Part shown: piece by piece, positions 1 to 9,877 of the stretch
Layout: every line of letters starts with the position of its first letter
Numbering within the stretch: the stretch's first letter is position 1
The notes under the pieces: generated by a model
Told to the model about the DNA's origin: nothing
What the model saw: only the letters and a program-made list of their open reading frames with translations
Databases searched by the model: none
DNA from: Planctomycetota bacterium
Lineage (GTDB): Bacteria > Planctomycetota > UBA1135 > UBA2386
Assembly: GCA_965223545.1 (NCBI GenBank)
Contig: OZ245006.1
Coordinates: 3,648,001-3,712,000, forward strand
DNA length: 64,000 bases
Direction: 5' to 3'
Position numbers and translations under genes: made by a program

Positions 1-3000
1 GTTCCAACCCCGCCCCAGCACGATCGAAACCGCGGCGTGCAACCGCGCGGCGTGCGCGCGGCGGACATCATCGCCGGCGTCGGCGCCGCGCGGCGCCTCG
101 GCAAGCCGCGCCGCCACCCACGCGTCCGCCGCATCCTCGGCGCCGAACAGGTAGCGCGCCGCGATGTAGCGGTCGGCGGCGACTGCCCGCGTCGGGTGCT
201 CGCCGATCCAGGTCTCGGTCAACGCCAGCAGCGCCGGCCCATCGCGGCGGCTCCACAGCAGTTCCGTGCACCGCGTGTAGAGATCGTTGGCCTCGTGGGC
301 CGTCAGTCGCTTGCGCGCATCCAATGCCGCTTGCAGGAGCTGCGCCGCCTCGCCGGTGCGCGAGCACTGCATCAGAGCGCGCGCGCACTCCCACACCGCC
401 GTCGGCTCACCCGAGGCGTCGGCCAGCAGCGCCCGGCGCAAGACCAGGGCGTCGGCCCAGCGGCCGGCGCGCTCCAGCGTCTTGGCTTGCCAATCGCGGA
501 GCTGGCGCTCGGCGAAGTCGGTGTCGGGTCCCGCGTCGGCGAAGGCGGGGCGCAGCGCCTCGACCAAAGCGAGGACCTCCGGCGGCTCGAGATGCCGCGA
601 CGCGACCTGCAGCACGTGCGCGCCGAGCACGGCGCCGCGGCCCACGAGCCGCGCCGCCGCCGCCGAGACCACACGCTCCGCCTGCGCGCTGAGCTCCGCG
701 CCGCGGCGTCCCAGCGCCATCGCGGCAAACCGCAACCATTCGGCCGATTGCTCCTCCGACCCCGCGAGCAGAGGTGCCATCGCGTCCCGACACTCGTCCC
801 AGCTCTGACGGGCGGCGAAGTGCAGCGCCACCGTCAGCACGTCGATCGGTCGGCCGCGCCCCTCGTGCACCGCGCGCCGCGCCACCGCCAGCGAAGGCGC
901 CGGTCCGTCGAGCAGCAGCGCTCCGGCCGGCGCCGCGCGCGCCGCGAGCTGGGCCGCAGCGTCCGCGGCGGGTACCGATTCCAGCGCGATGGACTGCCGC
1001 ATCACGCGGCGGCCTTCGCCATCGAAGCTCTCCGCGTGCGTCGCCCACCACACGCCACCGACCTCGACGAAGTCACCGAACGTCGCCCGCTGGGTCAGCG
1101 CGTCGCCGGTCCACACGCGGCGCTCGCGCAGCACGGCGCGGCGCACGTCGACGACGAGCTCGGTGCGGTCGGTGCGCGGCTCCGGCGGCACGAGCTCGAC
1201 CACCGCGACGTCGTCATCGGCGCGCAGCAGCCGGGCCTTCCAGCCGGCGTACGCCCCCGACCAGTCCGTGAACGACGCATCGCCGACCAACCTGGGCCAG
1301 GCGTCCGCGTCGGCCGCAGCCGACGGCCGGCGGCGCCCCAAGGCCAAGTCCGCCGACAGTGCCGCACGGAAACCCGCGAAGTTCCAGGATTCGTACGCCA
1401 GCCCCGCGCGCGGGGCGGAGCGGGCGTGCCACTCGTGTCCCAGGACCAGCAACTCGCTGCGCTGCACGCCGACGACGCCCCGTCGCAGGGCGTGGATGCG
1501 GGTGGTCTCGCCGCGCCAACGCAGCCCGTCGGTCCTCGCCGCCACCGCCGTGCTGCGATCGAGCGAGAGGAGCACGCGGCGGACCTCTTCTGGCCACGCG
1601 GCCGGCGCCGCGACCGGAGCCCTGATGGGCGCGGCAGGCGGCAGCGGCGGAAAGCCCAGGCTGCCGAGATCGGCGCGCGGCGGCACCGGCCCCCAGGCCG
1701 TGTTCGCATCCCGACGCCAGCGCCCTCCCGACGCCGGCGGTGCCATCGCCGCCGAGCGCCGTTGGTCACCGAGAAAGAACGAGTCCGCCGAGGCCCCCGG
1801 CAGATTCGCCATCGACTCGCTCGCCGGCAACGGGGTCTCGAGCTCCTCGGCGCTGCGCTCGTCATCGAACGGCGCCGCGGTCATCGGACCGCGCGCGCTG
1901 GCGAAGCGCACGGAGTCCAGCTGCTCGTTGTCGAAGTCGCGCGCATAGCGCGCCCCGCCGCCACCGAACTTGCCCTCCGCCGAGGTGCCGACGGCGACGT
2001 GCCACGGCGACAGATCACGCCCCAGGCCCGCGATCTCGCGCAGCATCTGTGCGCGGAGCCGATGCCGCCAGGCGCGCGCCGCCCGCATCTGGTCGCGCCG
2101 CATCGCCAGGTCGACCGCGTCCCGCGCCGCGGCGAAGAACTGCTCGCCGTCGCGCGGGTGGACGCGGCGCTCGACACCGTAGCGCTCGCGATCGGCATCG
2201 TTCTCCAACACCAAGAGCGAGGTGTAGGGAGTGATCACTCCGTAGCGTTCGCTGAGCTCGATGATGTCCTCCGCGACTCCCGGCGCGCGCCCCTGCAAGA
2301 GCAGCGCGTCGATGTGCCGCCGCGCCCACAGCCGCGGGATGAACGAGTTGCCGCCGTCGGCCGCCGGCAACTCGACGTCGGCGACCCAACGCACCGGTAC
2401 GCCATCGCGCGTTCCCTCGACCACCAGCCGGCCCGCGGTCGATTCCTCGCCCGGCCGATACCGGCCGACGACGACGTGCTGGCTGCCAGCGGCGAGGTTG
2501 GCAAGGCGACCCGGGTGGACCCGCGCCGTCTCCAGCCCCTCGAAGCGCAACGACAGCTCGCGAACCGCCGGCGACGTCGCCTCCTCCAGCAGCTCGGCGG
2601 CATCGAGGGCGGGGTGCTGGCCCACTGCGCGCACGGAGCCGCCGCCGATCGCGGCGATCGCCTGCAACACCCGGGCCTCGACTTGCGCGCCGGTCGAGAC
2701 CGCGTGGCAGGCCACGTCAGCGCCGGCGCCCGCCGCGGCGAGCCGCTCGGCGAGCGCGACCGCATCCGAGTCGGCGGCGGTGCCCAGACCGTCGCCGACG
2801 TAGACGACGACCGCTCCCGCGGAGGCGTCGCCGATGGCCCGCCGCAGCATCGCCTCCACGTCGCTCCAACCGAGCGACGCGCGGCCGGTCAAGAACTCCA
2901 TCGCCGCGCCGACGTTGGCGTCGGTCGGTGCCGAGGCCGCAGCGGCGAACGGCACCGCTTCGACGTCACCGGCGTACAGGCGGAACCGATCGTCCTCTCC

Positions 3001-4374
3001 CAATACCGACAGCAGCCCTTCGACGAAGGCGTGCTGCGCGGCGCGCGCTGCGTGGTCCATCGAAGCCGAGGTGTCGGCGACGACCACCAGCTCCCCCATC
3101 GAGGCGTCGCCGATGCGCTCGCGGCGGAACACACCCGTGTCCTCCGGCGCCGACAGCAATGCCATCAGGTAGCCGTCGTCGCCACGGCGGTGGACACGGA
3201 GCGACAGCGGATCCCGGCGGGCGAGCCGCACCGCTACTTCGAAATCGCGCTGCGGCACGTAGTCCTCGGCGTCGAATTCGACCGCGGCGCGGTGTCCATC
3301 GTCCCGGGACCGAACCTCGTGGGTCGGCGACTCGATCGCGGTGATCGCGGTCGCCGAATCGATCGCCACCCGCAGCTGCAGCTGCCGCAGCGGATGGGCG
3401 CGCAGCAGGTCGCTGCGCAGCGCGTAGCGGTAGCGCAGGGTGTCGCCGCGCAGAGGCAGGACCTGGGTGTAGCGAATGCGGATCCGCTTCTCCGAGTGGG
3501 CCTCGATGGGAAACACCCGCGCCTTGAACAGGTTGCCCCCCGCCCACTCCAGCAGGGCTGGGTCTTTGCGGCGGCGCACGATGTCTTCGAAGATCGCCCG
3601 CGCGCGCTGGCGCTCGACCACGTCCGCTTCGACCAGCTCGCTGCCGATCCACATGCCGAAGCCGCTCACCGACGCATCGGATGGCAACGGAAAGTAGAAC
3701 ACGCCTTCGAGCCGCGCGTCCGTGTTGTTGACGAAGCTCTGCTCGACCGTGGTGCGCGCGATCTGGTCTTTGATCTCGACGTCGACCTTGTGGTAGCCGA
3801 TCGACAGCGGCACGTCGCGGCCGTCGACCTGGGCGACGAGCGATCCCATCCACTCATTGGTCGCCGCGCCGCGGTAGCCGGTCAGCCAGCGCGGATCGTC
3901 GGTGAGCTGCTCGGTGGAAGCGGCGGTGGCGGCGAGGACGGCCCGCTCGGTCAGGCGCTGTGCGAACCCACCCGGCCCGCGCACCGAGAGAGGCGCACCC
4001 TCGGCCGGAGTGACCTCGACCTGCCCGCGCAGCAGCCGCAGCGAAGCCGTCGCCTCACCCAGCTCGATCGTGGCGCCCGGGCCGACCAGGACCTGCGCGC
4101 CGTCGCGCAGCTCGAGCTCGACCGCGTTGGCCCCGCGCGCGCTGGTGCGCACCACCTCCGCAGGCCACACCTGCCCCCCCGTGCGCAGCGGGGTCCAGCG
4201 GCGACCGCCGGCGACACGCGCCGTGGCGGTGCCCTGCACGTCGACGACGGTCCCAGCCCGCCCGTCGCGCGGCGGCATTTGGCCGCCGGACGGGGAGAAC
4301 CGCCGCTCGGCCGCGAGGGCGAGGCCCGCCAACAACAACAGGACGAAGATCATCGGTCGCAGAATCGGTCGCAT
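1..4374 (-). CDS. Large secreted VIT (vault inter-alpha-trypsin) + vWA domain protein with FecR-like N-terminus; 3' end runs off the window
   Basis: Manual translation from ATG at 4374 (GGGGAG upstream): signal peptide MRPILRPMIFVLLLLAGLALA; VIT motif VEIKDQIARTTVEQSFVNNTDARLEGVFYFPLPSDASVSGFGMWI...ARAIFEDIVRRRKDPALLEW; vWA motif VVVADTSASM. Absent from the ORF track, presumably because no stop lies inside the window. Confidence 0.85.
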   Translation of the reverse strand, partial: MRPILRPMIFVLLLLAGLALAAERRFSPSGGQMPPRDGRAGTVVDVQGTATARVAGGRRWTPLRTGGQVWPAEVVRTSARGANAVELELRDGAQVLVGPGATIELGEATASLRLLRGQVEVTPAEGAPLSVRGPGGFAQRLTERAVLAATAASTEQLTDDPRWLTGYRGAATNEWMGSLVAQVDGRDVPLSIGYHKVDVEIKDQIARTTVEQSFVNNTDARLEGVFYFPLPSDASVSGFGMWIGSELVEADVVERQRARAIFEDIVRRRKDPALLEWAGGNLFKARVFPIEAHSEKRIRIRYTQVLPLRGDTLRYRYALRSDLLRAHPLRQLQLRVAIDSATAITAIESPTHEVRSRDDGHRAAVEFDAEDYVPQRDFEVAVRLARRDPLSLRVHRRGDDGYLMALLSAPEDTGVFRRERIGDASMGELVVVADTSASMDHAARAAQHAFVEGLLSVLGEDDRFRLYAGDVEAVPFAAAASAPTDANVGAAMEFLTGRASLGWSDVEAMLRRAIGDASAGAVVVYVGDGLGTAADSDAVALAERLAAAGAGADVACHAVSTGAQVEARVLQAIAAIGGGSVRAVGQHPALDAAELLEEATSPAVRELSLRFEGLETARVHPGRLANLAAGSQHVVVGRYRPGEESTAGRLVVEGTRDGVPVRWVADVELPAADGGNSFIPRLWARRHIDALLLQGRAPGVAEDIIELSERYGVITPYTSLLVLENDADRERYGVERRVHPRDGEQFFAAARDAVDLAMRRDQMRAARAWRHRLRAQMLREIAGLGRDLSPWHVAVGTSAEGKFGGGGARYARDFDNEQLDSVRFASARGPMTAAPFDDERSAEELETPLPASESMANLPGASADSFFLGDQRRSAAMAPPASGGRWRRDANTAWGPVPPRADLGSLGFPPLPPAAPIRAPVAAPAAWPEEVRRVLLSLDRSTAVAARTDGLRWRGETTRIHALRRGVVGVQRSELLVLGHEWHARSAPRAGLAYESWNFAGFRAALSADLALGRRRPSAAADADAWPRLVGDASFTDWSGAYAGWKARLLRADDDVAVVELVPPEPRTDRTELVVDVRRAVLRERRVWTGDALTQRATFGDFVEVGGVWWATHAESFDGEGRRVMRQSIALESVPAADAAAQLAARAAPAGALLLDGPAPSLAVARRAVHEGRGRPIDVLTVALHFAARQSWDECRDAMAPLLAGSEEQSAEWLRFAAMALGRRGAELSAQAERVVSAAAARLVGRGAVLGAHVLQVASRHLEPPEVLALVEALRPAFADAGPDTDFAERQLRDWQAKTLERAGRWADALVLRRALLADASGEPTAVWECARALMQCSRTGEAAQLLQAALDARKRLTAHEANDLYTRCTELLWSRRDGPALLALTETWIGEHPTRAVAADRYIAARYLFGAEDAADAWVAARLAEAPRGADAGDDVRRAHAARLHAAVSIVLGRGWN

Positions 4375-4629
4375 GCGCGCTCCCCGCGGCAAAGAGGGCA
4401 GGCTCGAGATGCCGCCCACGAAGAAAGATGCGAGGCGCCGTGCAAAGTTCCCGAGCGACCCGGCGGCGGCGCGACGGCGGCTCCGGTTCGGCACATGCTA
4501 TCGCCGGGTCCACGCCGAGGGACCGCCGCGCGCCCCGCGGTTTCCGATTCCGGGGATTCCGACTCGATGTCGAATCCCGCAGTGCACCGCCGTCCCCTGG
4601 GCAACCATTGACGCCAAGGAACCATCCCG

Positions 4630-5148
4630 ATGCTCCATCCGCTCTTCTACACGCTGCTCGCCGCGTGCCTCGCCCCCTTCGGCAACCCCGGCCAGGATCC
4701 CGAACCCGCTGCCGCGCCCGAGGCCTCCGCGCCCGCCCAACCGTCGATCGACGACTTCAAGTGGCTCGCCGGGCACTGGCGCGGGACCGGACTCGGCGGC
4801 ACCTGTGAGGAGATTTGGAGCGAGCCGATGGGCGGCACGATGATGGGCTCGTTCCGCCTGCTGCGGGACGACAAGGTGCTATTCTACGAGCTGATCGTGC
4901 TGGGGCCCGACAAGGACGGCTTCTCCATGCGGGTGAAGCACTTCTCGCCCGAGTTCGTCGCGTGGGAGGAGAAGGACGGCGCGGTGCGCTTCCCCTTCGA
5001 GTCCGTCGAGGGCACGAAAGCCGAGTTCGGCGGCCTGCGCGCAGAGCGCGACGGCGACCGTCTGGTGATCCAGGTGAAGATGAGCGGCCGCGACGGCAGC
5101 TCTCGGTGGGAGCCCTTCGAGCTCGAGCGCGTGACGCCGGGGTCCTGA
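4630..5148 (+). CDS. Secreted hypothetical protein, DUF6265-like
   Basis: Signal peptide, then FKWLAGHWRG...CEEIWSEPMGGTMMGSFR...FYE...MRVKHF pattern. Confidence 0.75.
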   Translation: MLHPLFYTLLAACLAPFGNPGQDPEPAAAPEASAPAQPSIDDFKWLAGHWRGTGLGGTCEEIWSEPMGGTMMGSFRLLRDDKVLFYELIVLGPDKDGFSMRVKHFSPEFVAWEEKDGAVRFPFESVEGTKAEFGGLRAERDGDRLVIQVKMSGRDGSSRWEPFELERVTPGS

Positions 5149-5236
5149 AGTTCGGCAGAGCGTACGCGCGCTCCCTTTTTGGCCGAAACTTGAGACACAC
5201 ACCGAGGGAAATGCGACAAGGGGTTCGGAGAATCCC

Positions 5237-7663
5237 GTGTCTGCCCCCCTTCAGATCCGGTCGATCTGCGCCCTCGCGCTGATCGCGCTGCTACCCCCCT
5301 GCGCTGCACAGACGCCGCCGGATCTGTACGACGACAGCGTCCTGCGCACCTTCGAGCTCCGCTTCGCCCAGCCGAATTGGTGGACGCTGCTCGAGCAAAA
5401 CAAGCCGGCGGAGCAGGAGATCCCCGCCGACCTCGTCGTCGACGGCCGCGTCTACCCCGGCGTCGGCGTGCGCTTCAAGGGCCGCTCCTCGTACATCGCC
5501 ACCCGCAACTCGCTCAAGCGGCCGTTTCGCATCGTGGTCGACTTCACGATCCCGGGACTGGAGCTGTACGGCTACTCCACGCTCAATCTCAACAACGGCT
5601 TTCGCGATCCGACGTTCCTGCGCGAGGTCGTCGGCTACCGCATGCTGCGTCGCTACACGCCGGCGCCAAAGGCCAATTGGGTCGAGCTCAAGATCAACGG
5701 CGAGAGCTGGGGGGTCTACATGAACGTCCAGCACGTCAACAAGGACTTCATGGACGAGTGGTTGGCGTCGAACGACGGCCACCGCTTCAAGCTCAGCCGT
5801 CCCGGCAACGTGTCGGCCAACGTCGCCGCCCTCAACTGGCTGGGATCGGAGCCGGCGCTCTATCAAGGAATCTACGAGCTGAAGAGCAACACACCGGCAG
5901 CGTGGAACGCGCTGGTCGCGCTCTGCGATGCGCTCGACAACAGCCCTGCCGGCCAGCTCGAAGCGCGGCTCACCCCGCACCTGCACATCGACCGCGCCCT
6001 CTGGTTCGTCGCGCTCAACAACCTCATGGTCGGGCTCGACAGCTACATCGGCACCGCCAACAACTACTACTTGGTGCAGGACGAGGTGCACCAGCGGTTC
6101 AGTGTCATATCGTGGGACCTCAATGACAGCTTCGGCAGCTTCTGGCTGTCGACGCCCGGTGTGCCCTCCAACCTCGACCCATTGTACCGCGAGCAAACGA
6201 GGACGCGACCGTTGGTCTCCTCGCTGCTCTCCGAACCGCACTGGCGGGCACGCTACTTGGCACACTACCGAACCGCGCTGCAGGAGGCCTGGGACTGGAA
6301 CACGGTCGGCAGCTGGATCGCGCAGTATCAGAGCCTGTTGGGCCCGGCGATCGCGGCGGACAAGGTCAAGCTCTACTCGACGGCACTGTTCTGGAGCAAT
6401 GTGACCCAGGCCACCGTGATCGGCACGGTCGTGATCCCCGGCCTCGAGCCGCTGGTCAAGGCGCGGCGCGCGTTCCTGGAGGCTCATCCCGAGCTCAGTG
6501 TGCCGCAGCCGTCAATCGGCAACGTCACTCACACTCCAGCCCAGCCTACGCCGACGACTCCAGTGCACGTGACCGCCACCGTCACCCCGGCGACAACGAC
6601 CGCACCTCCTGTCGTCGAGCTGCATGCGCGGGTCATCGGTTCGTACGTGCGGTTGCCGATGTACGACGACGGCCAGCACGGCGACGGCGCCGCCGGGGAC
6701 GGCGTCTACGGGGAGTCGATTCCACCGCAGGCCGCCGGGGCGACGGTGTCCTACTTCGTCACGGCGCACGACGCCAACGGCGCCATGCGGGTTGCGCCGA
6801 GCGGCGGCGCCGACGGCGCCCACGAGTACACCGTCACCGCCACGCCCACCGGCAACAGCCTGCGAATCAACGAGCTGATGGCGGACAATACCTCGACCAT
6901 CGCCGACCCCGCGGGCGACTATGACGATTGGCTCGAGCTGCACAATCCGACGACGGCGCCGATCGACGCGGCGGGCATGTATCTGACCGACGACCCAGCC
7001 CAGCCGACGCGGTGGCAGCTGCCGTCCGGCACGCTCGTCCCACCGGGGGCACACCTCTTGATCTGGGCCGATGCCGAGCCGTGGCAGGGCCCTTTGCACG
7101 CACCGTTCAGGCTCGGCGCGGGCGGCGAGACCGTCGCTCTGTACGACACGGACGGCACGACCCTGCTCGATCAGATCACCTTCGGCCCACAGGTGGCCGA
7201 CGCCAGCACCGGGCGCCTTCCCGACGGAGCACCGCTGTGGGTGACGCTGTTGGACCCCAGTCCGACGGCCGCCAACGCCGTGCCGGTCTGTGGGTCGCTC
7301 GCCTTCACCGCGCGCGATGCCACCGCCCAGCAGGGGTTGCTGACCCTGACGAGCACCCCCAGCATCGGCGGCAACATCGACATCTTCTTGGCCGGCCTGC
7401 CGGCGGCTTCGCCCACGGCGATCGTAATCGGCGGCGGCGCGGCGCACCTGCCGCTGCCCGGTTCGGCATCGATGTTGCTCCTCGCGGCACCGATGGCGAC
7501 CGCGCTCACGCAGACCAGCTCGGTGCTCGGCACGCTGGCGCAGTCGGTGCCGATCCCCGACGACCCCGCACTGGTCGGCCTGCGAATCGCGGTGCAGGCG
7601 GTGAGCGTGCTGCCGAGTGGGCCCGCCGCGAGCAGCGCGGTCTGGTTCGACATCTGCGGCTGA
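5237..7663 (+). CDS. CotH kinase family protein with lamin-tail domain (LTD) and C-terminal module
   Basis: VGVRFKGRSS, LNLNNGFRDPTFLRE, GVYMNVQ, NNYYL, WDLN (CotH); MYDDGQHGDGAAGDGVYG; LRINELMADN...YDDWLELHN (LTD); signal peptide. Confidence 0.88.
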   Translation: MSAPLQIRSICALALIALLPPCAAQTPPDLYDDSVLRTFELRFAQPNWWTLLEQNKPAEQEIPADLVVDGRVYPGVGVRFKGRSSYIATRNSLKRPFRIVVDFTIPGLELYGYSTLNLNNGFRDPTFLREVVGYRMLRRYTPAPKANWVELKINGESWGVYMNVQHVNKDFMDEWLASNDGHRFKLSRPGNVSANVAALNWLGSEPALYQGIYELKSNTPAAWNALVALCDALDNSPAGQLEARLTPHLHIDRALWFVALNNLMVGLDSYIGTANNYYLVQDEVHQRFSVISWDLNDSFGSFWLSTPGVPSNLDPLYREQTRTRPLVSSLLSEPHWRARYLAHYRTALQEAWDWNTVGSWIAQYQSLLGPAIAADKVKLYSTALFWSNVTQATVIGTVVIPGLEPLVKARRAFLEAHPELSVPQPSIGNVTHTPAQPTPTTPVHVTATVTPATTTAPPVVELHARVIGSYVRLPMYDDGQHGDGAAGDGVYGESIPPQAAGATVSYFVTAHDANGAMRVAPSGGADGAHEYTVTATPTGNSLRINELMADNTSTIADPAGDYDDWLELHNPTTAPIDAAGMYLTDDPAQPTRWQLPSGTLVPPGAHLLIWADAEPWQGPLHAPFRLGAGGETVALYDTDGTTLLDQITFGPQVADASTGRLPDGAPLWVTLLDPSPTAANAVPVCGSLAFTARDATAQQGLLTLTSTPSIGGNIDIFLAGLPAASPTAIVIGGGAAHLPLPGSASMLLLAAPMATALTQTSSVLGTLAQSVPIPDDPALVGLRIAVQAVSVLPSGPAASSAVWFDICG

Positions 7664-7695
7664 CGCGTGGCGATCCGGCGCGGCCCGACGGCGGC

Positions 7696-8376
7696 TCAGA
7701 ACGTGGCGGACAGCCCGACGACCAACCCCAAGTCGGTGCTGTCGGGATCGCCGACGACACCGGTCCCGAGGTCCGACCAACGCACTTCGAGGCCGGCGTT
7801 GGTCGCCAAGGACCGCGTCAGCGCGCACTGCAGGCCCAGGCCAAACCCCGCGGTGATGCCGTCCTGGTTCTCGTTGACGCGGACTCCCGTGAAGCCAAGG
7901 AACCCCGCGTGGCTACGTGGCTGGTTGTCCGGCATGACCTCCCCCTCGGCGTGGCCCCAGCCCAAGAAAAACTCACCGTATGGGCGCACTCCTTCCGGTG
8001 ATCCCCAATAACCACGGACGAGCGCCTCGACCAAGACCTCGGTCGCGCGCGCGCTCATGTGGCTCTCGGGAAACGCACCAGCCTGAAACCGATAGTCGAT
8101 GCCATTGGTACGCTGTCGCCGGACCACGGTGCGCACCCCGGCTTCGATCGAGGGGAGCGCCGGCAACGCGCGCAGAAGCTCGATGCGACCGCCGGCATGC
8201 GTGCCGTGCTGGTTGCGGTCGATCCCGCCCCCATCACGCACCGTAGTCCACCCGTAGCTGCCGCCGAGACCCACGCGCCATCGAGATCCCTGCGCATCCG
8301 ACTGGCAGGCAAGGGCTGAGAAAAAGGCGGCGACCGAGAGCAACGGCAGGGCTCGAGACGCGCGAACACTCGGCAT
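7696..8376 (-). CDS. Outer-membrane beta-barrel protein (OmpA/OmpW-like)
   Basis: Signal peptide, alternating beta-strands, VRPYGEFFLGWG, C-terminal Phe (VGLSATF). Confidence 0.7.
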   Translation of the reverse strand: MPSVRASRALPLLSVAAFFSALACQSDAQGSRWRVGLGGSYGWTTVRDGGGIDRNQHGTHAGGRIELLRALPALPSIEAGVRTVVRRQRTNGIDYRFQAGAFPESHMSARATEVLVEALVRGYWGSPEGVRPYGEFFLGWGHAEGEVMPDNQPRSHAGFLGFTGVRVNENQDGITAGFGLGLQCALTRSLATNAGLEVRWSDLGTGVVGDPDSTDLGLVVGLSATF

Positions 8377-8481
8377 GGCGGGGACTCCACCTGCCAGGTA
8401 GTCCGGCGCGGAGATCCGGTCACAGCGGGTGCTCGGGCCTGGCCCCTCGCGGCCTTTCCCCCGCTGCTACACTCCTCCCAT

Positions 8482-9873
8482 ATGGCTGCTCCGACAATTC
8501 GCCTCTCCCAGGCCGCGGTGCTCGTCTGCATGGCCGTCGCGGTCGGGGGCGCCGGTGGATGGCTCCTCAAGACCTACATGGCCAAGAAGGCCCAGGCCAA
8601 CCCCGGTGCGCGCTCGACCCCGTCGGTCGGCTTCTGGCACCCGTTGCGACACGCCGACGCACACACGGACACCGACGCGCCGCTGCCCGACAACCTGGCG
8701 AACTTGCCGTATCTCGCCGGCCACTCCGGCGCGGTCGAGGCGCAGTCGGTGACGCTGCTCGACCCCGAGGCGACGGCGCCCGGCATCAACCTCGTGGTCT
8801 CCGGCCACAAGCCGTCGGCCGAGCTGCGCGATCTCAAGGGCAACGTGCTGCACGAGTGGACCATCGAGTTCGAGACCGTGTTTCCCGGCCCACTCGGGTT
8901 CGAGGAACGGCCGGACAACAAGCGCTTCTGGCGCCGCGCCCACGTCCTGCCCAACGGCGACCTGCTGGCGATCTTCGAGGGGATCGGCATGGTCAAGCTC
9001 GACAAGGACTCCAACTTGATCTGGGGCTTCAAGGGCCGCTGCCACCACGATCTCTACGTCGGCGAGGACGGCGAGATCTACACGCTGACGCGGACCAAAC
9101 ACACGCGCCCGGAGCTCGCGGAGGCACCGACCTACATCACCGGCGAACTCCGCGAGGACTTCATCACGGTGCTCGAGGCCGACGGAACCGAGCGCCGCTC
9201 GGTGTCGCTGCTCGAGTGCTTCCGCAACTCCGACTACCGCTCGCTGTTCGGTTTGGGCCTGCGCGAAGGCGACGTCTTCCACACCAACACGCTGGAGATC
9301 ATGGACGGCCGGTTCGCGGACCGGCACCCGCTGTATCGCAAGGGCAACGCGCTGGTGTCGCTGGCAGCCCTCGACACCGTTGCCGTGGTCGACATGGAGG
9401 CACAGACCGTCGTCTGGGCACTGACCGGCATGAGCACCTTCCAGCACGAGCCAACGGTGCTGGACAACGGCAACATCCTGCTGTTCGACAACACCGGCGG
9501 CTACAGGGGAGGATCGCGGGTGCTCGAGATCGAGCCGCTGACCCAGCGCATCGTCTGGGCCTATCGCGACGGCGAGGAAACTCCGCTCCTGTCGCACATC
9601 CTGGGCTCGTGCCAACGTCTGCCCAACGGCAATACGCTGATCGTCGAGTCGACCGCCGGCCGCGCGTTCGAAGTGACGCCCGACCTCGAAGTGGTGTGGA
9701 ACTACTTCAACCCACACCGCGCCGGTGACAACGACGAGCTCATCGCGAGCCTGTTCGACGTCGTGCGCCTCGACCCGAGCATGTTCGACGAGTCGTTCGC
9801 GCCGGGCGCTGCGTCGGAAGGCGGCGTCGATCTCGAAGGAGTCGACGCTCTGCTCAACGGCACCGGGCGTTGA
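8482..9873 (+). CDS. Arylsulfotransferase family protein
   Basis: N-terminal TM; LANLPYLAG; HHD; DVFHTNTL; QHEP; LLFDN; GSCQRLPNGNTLI. Confidence 0.85.
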   Translation: MAAPTIRLSQAAVLVCMAVAVGGAGGWLLKTYMAKKAQANPGARSTPSVGFWHPLRHADAHTDTDAPLPDNLANLPYLAGHSGAVEAQSVTLLDPEATAPGINLVVSGHKPSAELRDLKGNVLHEWTIEFETVFPGPLGFEERPDNKRFWRRAHVLPNGDLLAIFEGIGMVKLDKDSNLIWGFKGRCHHDLYVGEDGEIYTLTRTKHTRPELAEAPTYITGELREDFITVLEADGTERRSVSLLECFRNSDYRSLFGLGLREGDVFHTNTLEIMDGRFADRHPLYRKGNALVSLAALDTVAVVDMEAQTVVWALTGMSTFQHEPTVLDNGNILLFDNTGGYRGGSRVLEIEPLTQRIVWAYRDGEETPLLSHILGSCQRLPNGNTLIVESTAGRAFEVTPDLEVVWNYFNPHRAGDNDELIASLFDVVRLDPSMFDESFAPGAASEGGVDLEGVDALLNGTGR

Positions 9874-9877
9874 CCCG

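Noticed and set aside
37..4611. 1524-aa plus-strand ORF
   Set aside because: Arg-rich, motif-free antisense shadow of the minus-strand VIT/vWA gene, typical of high-GC codon bias.
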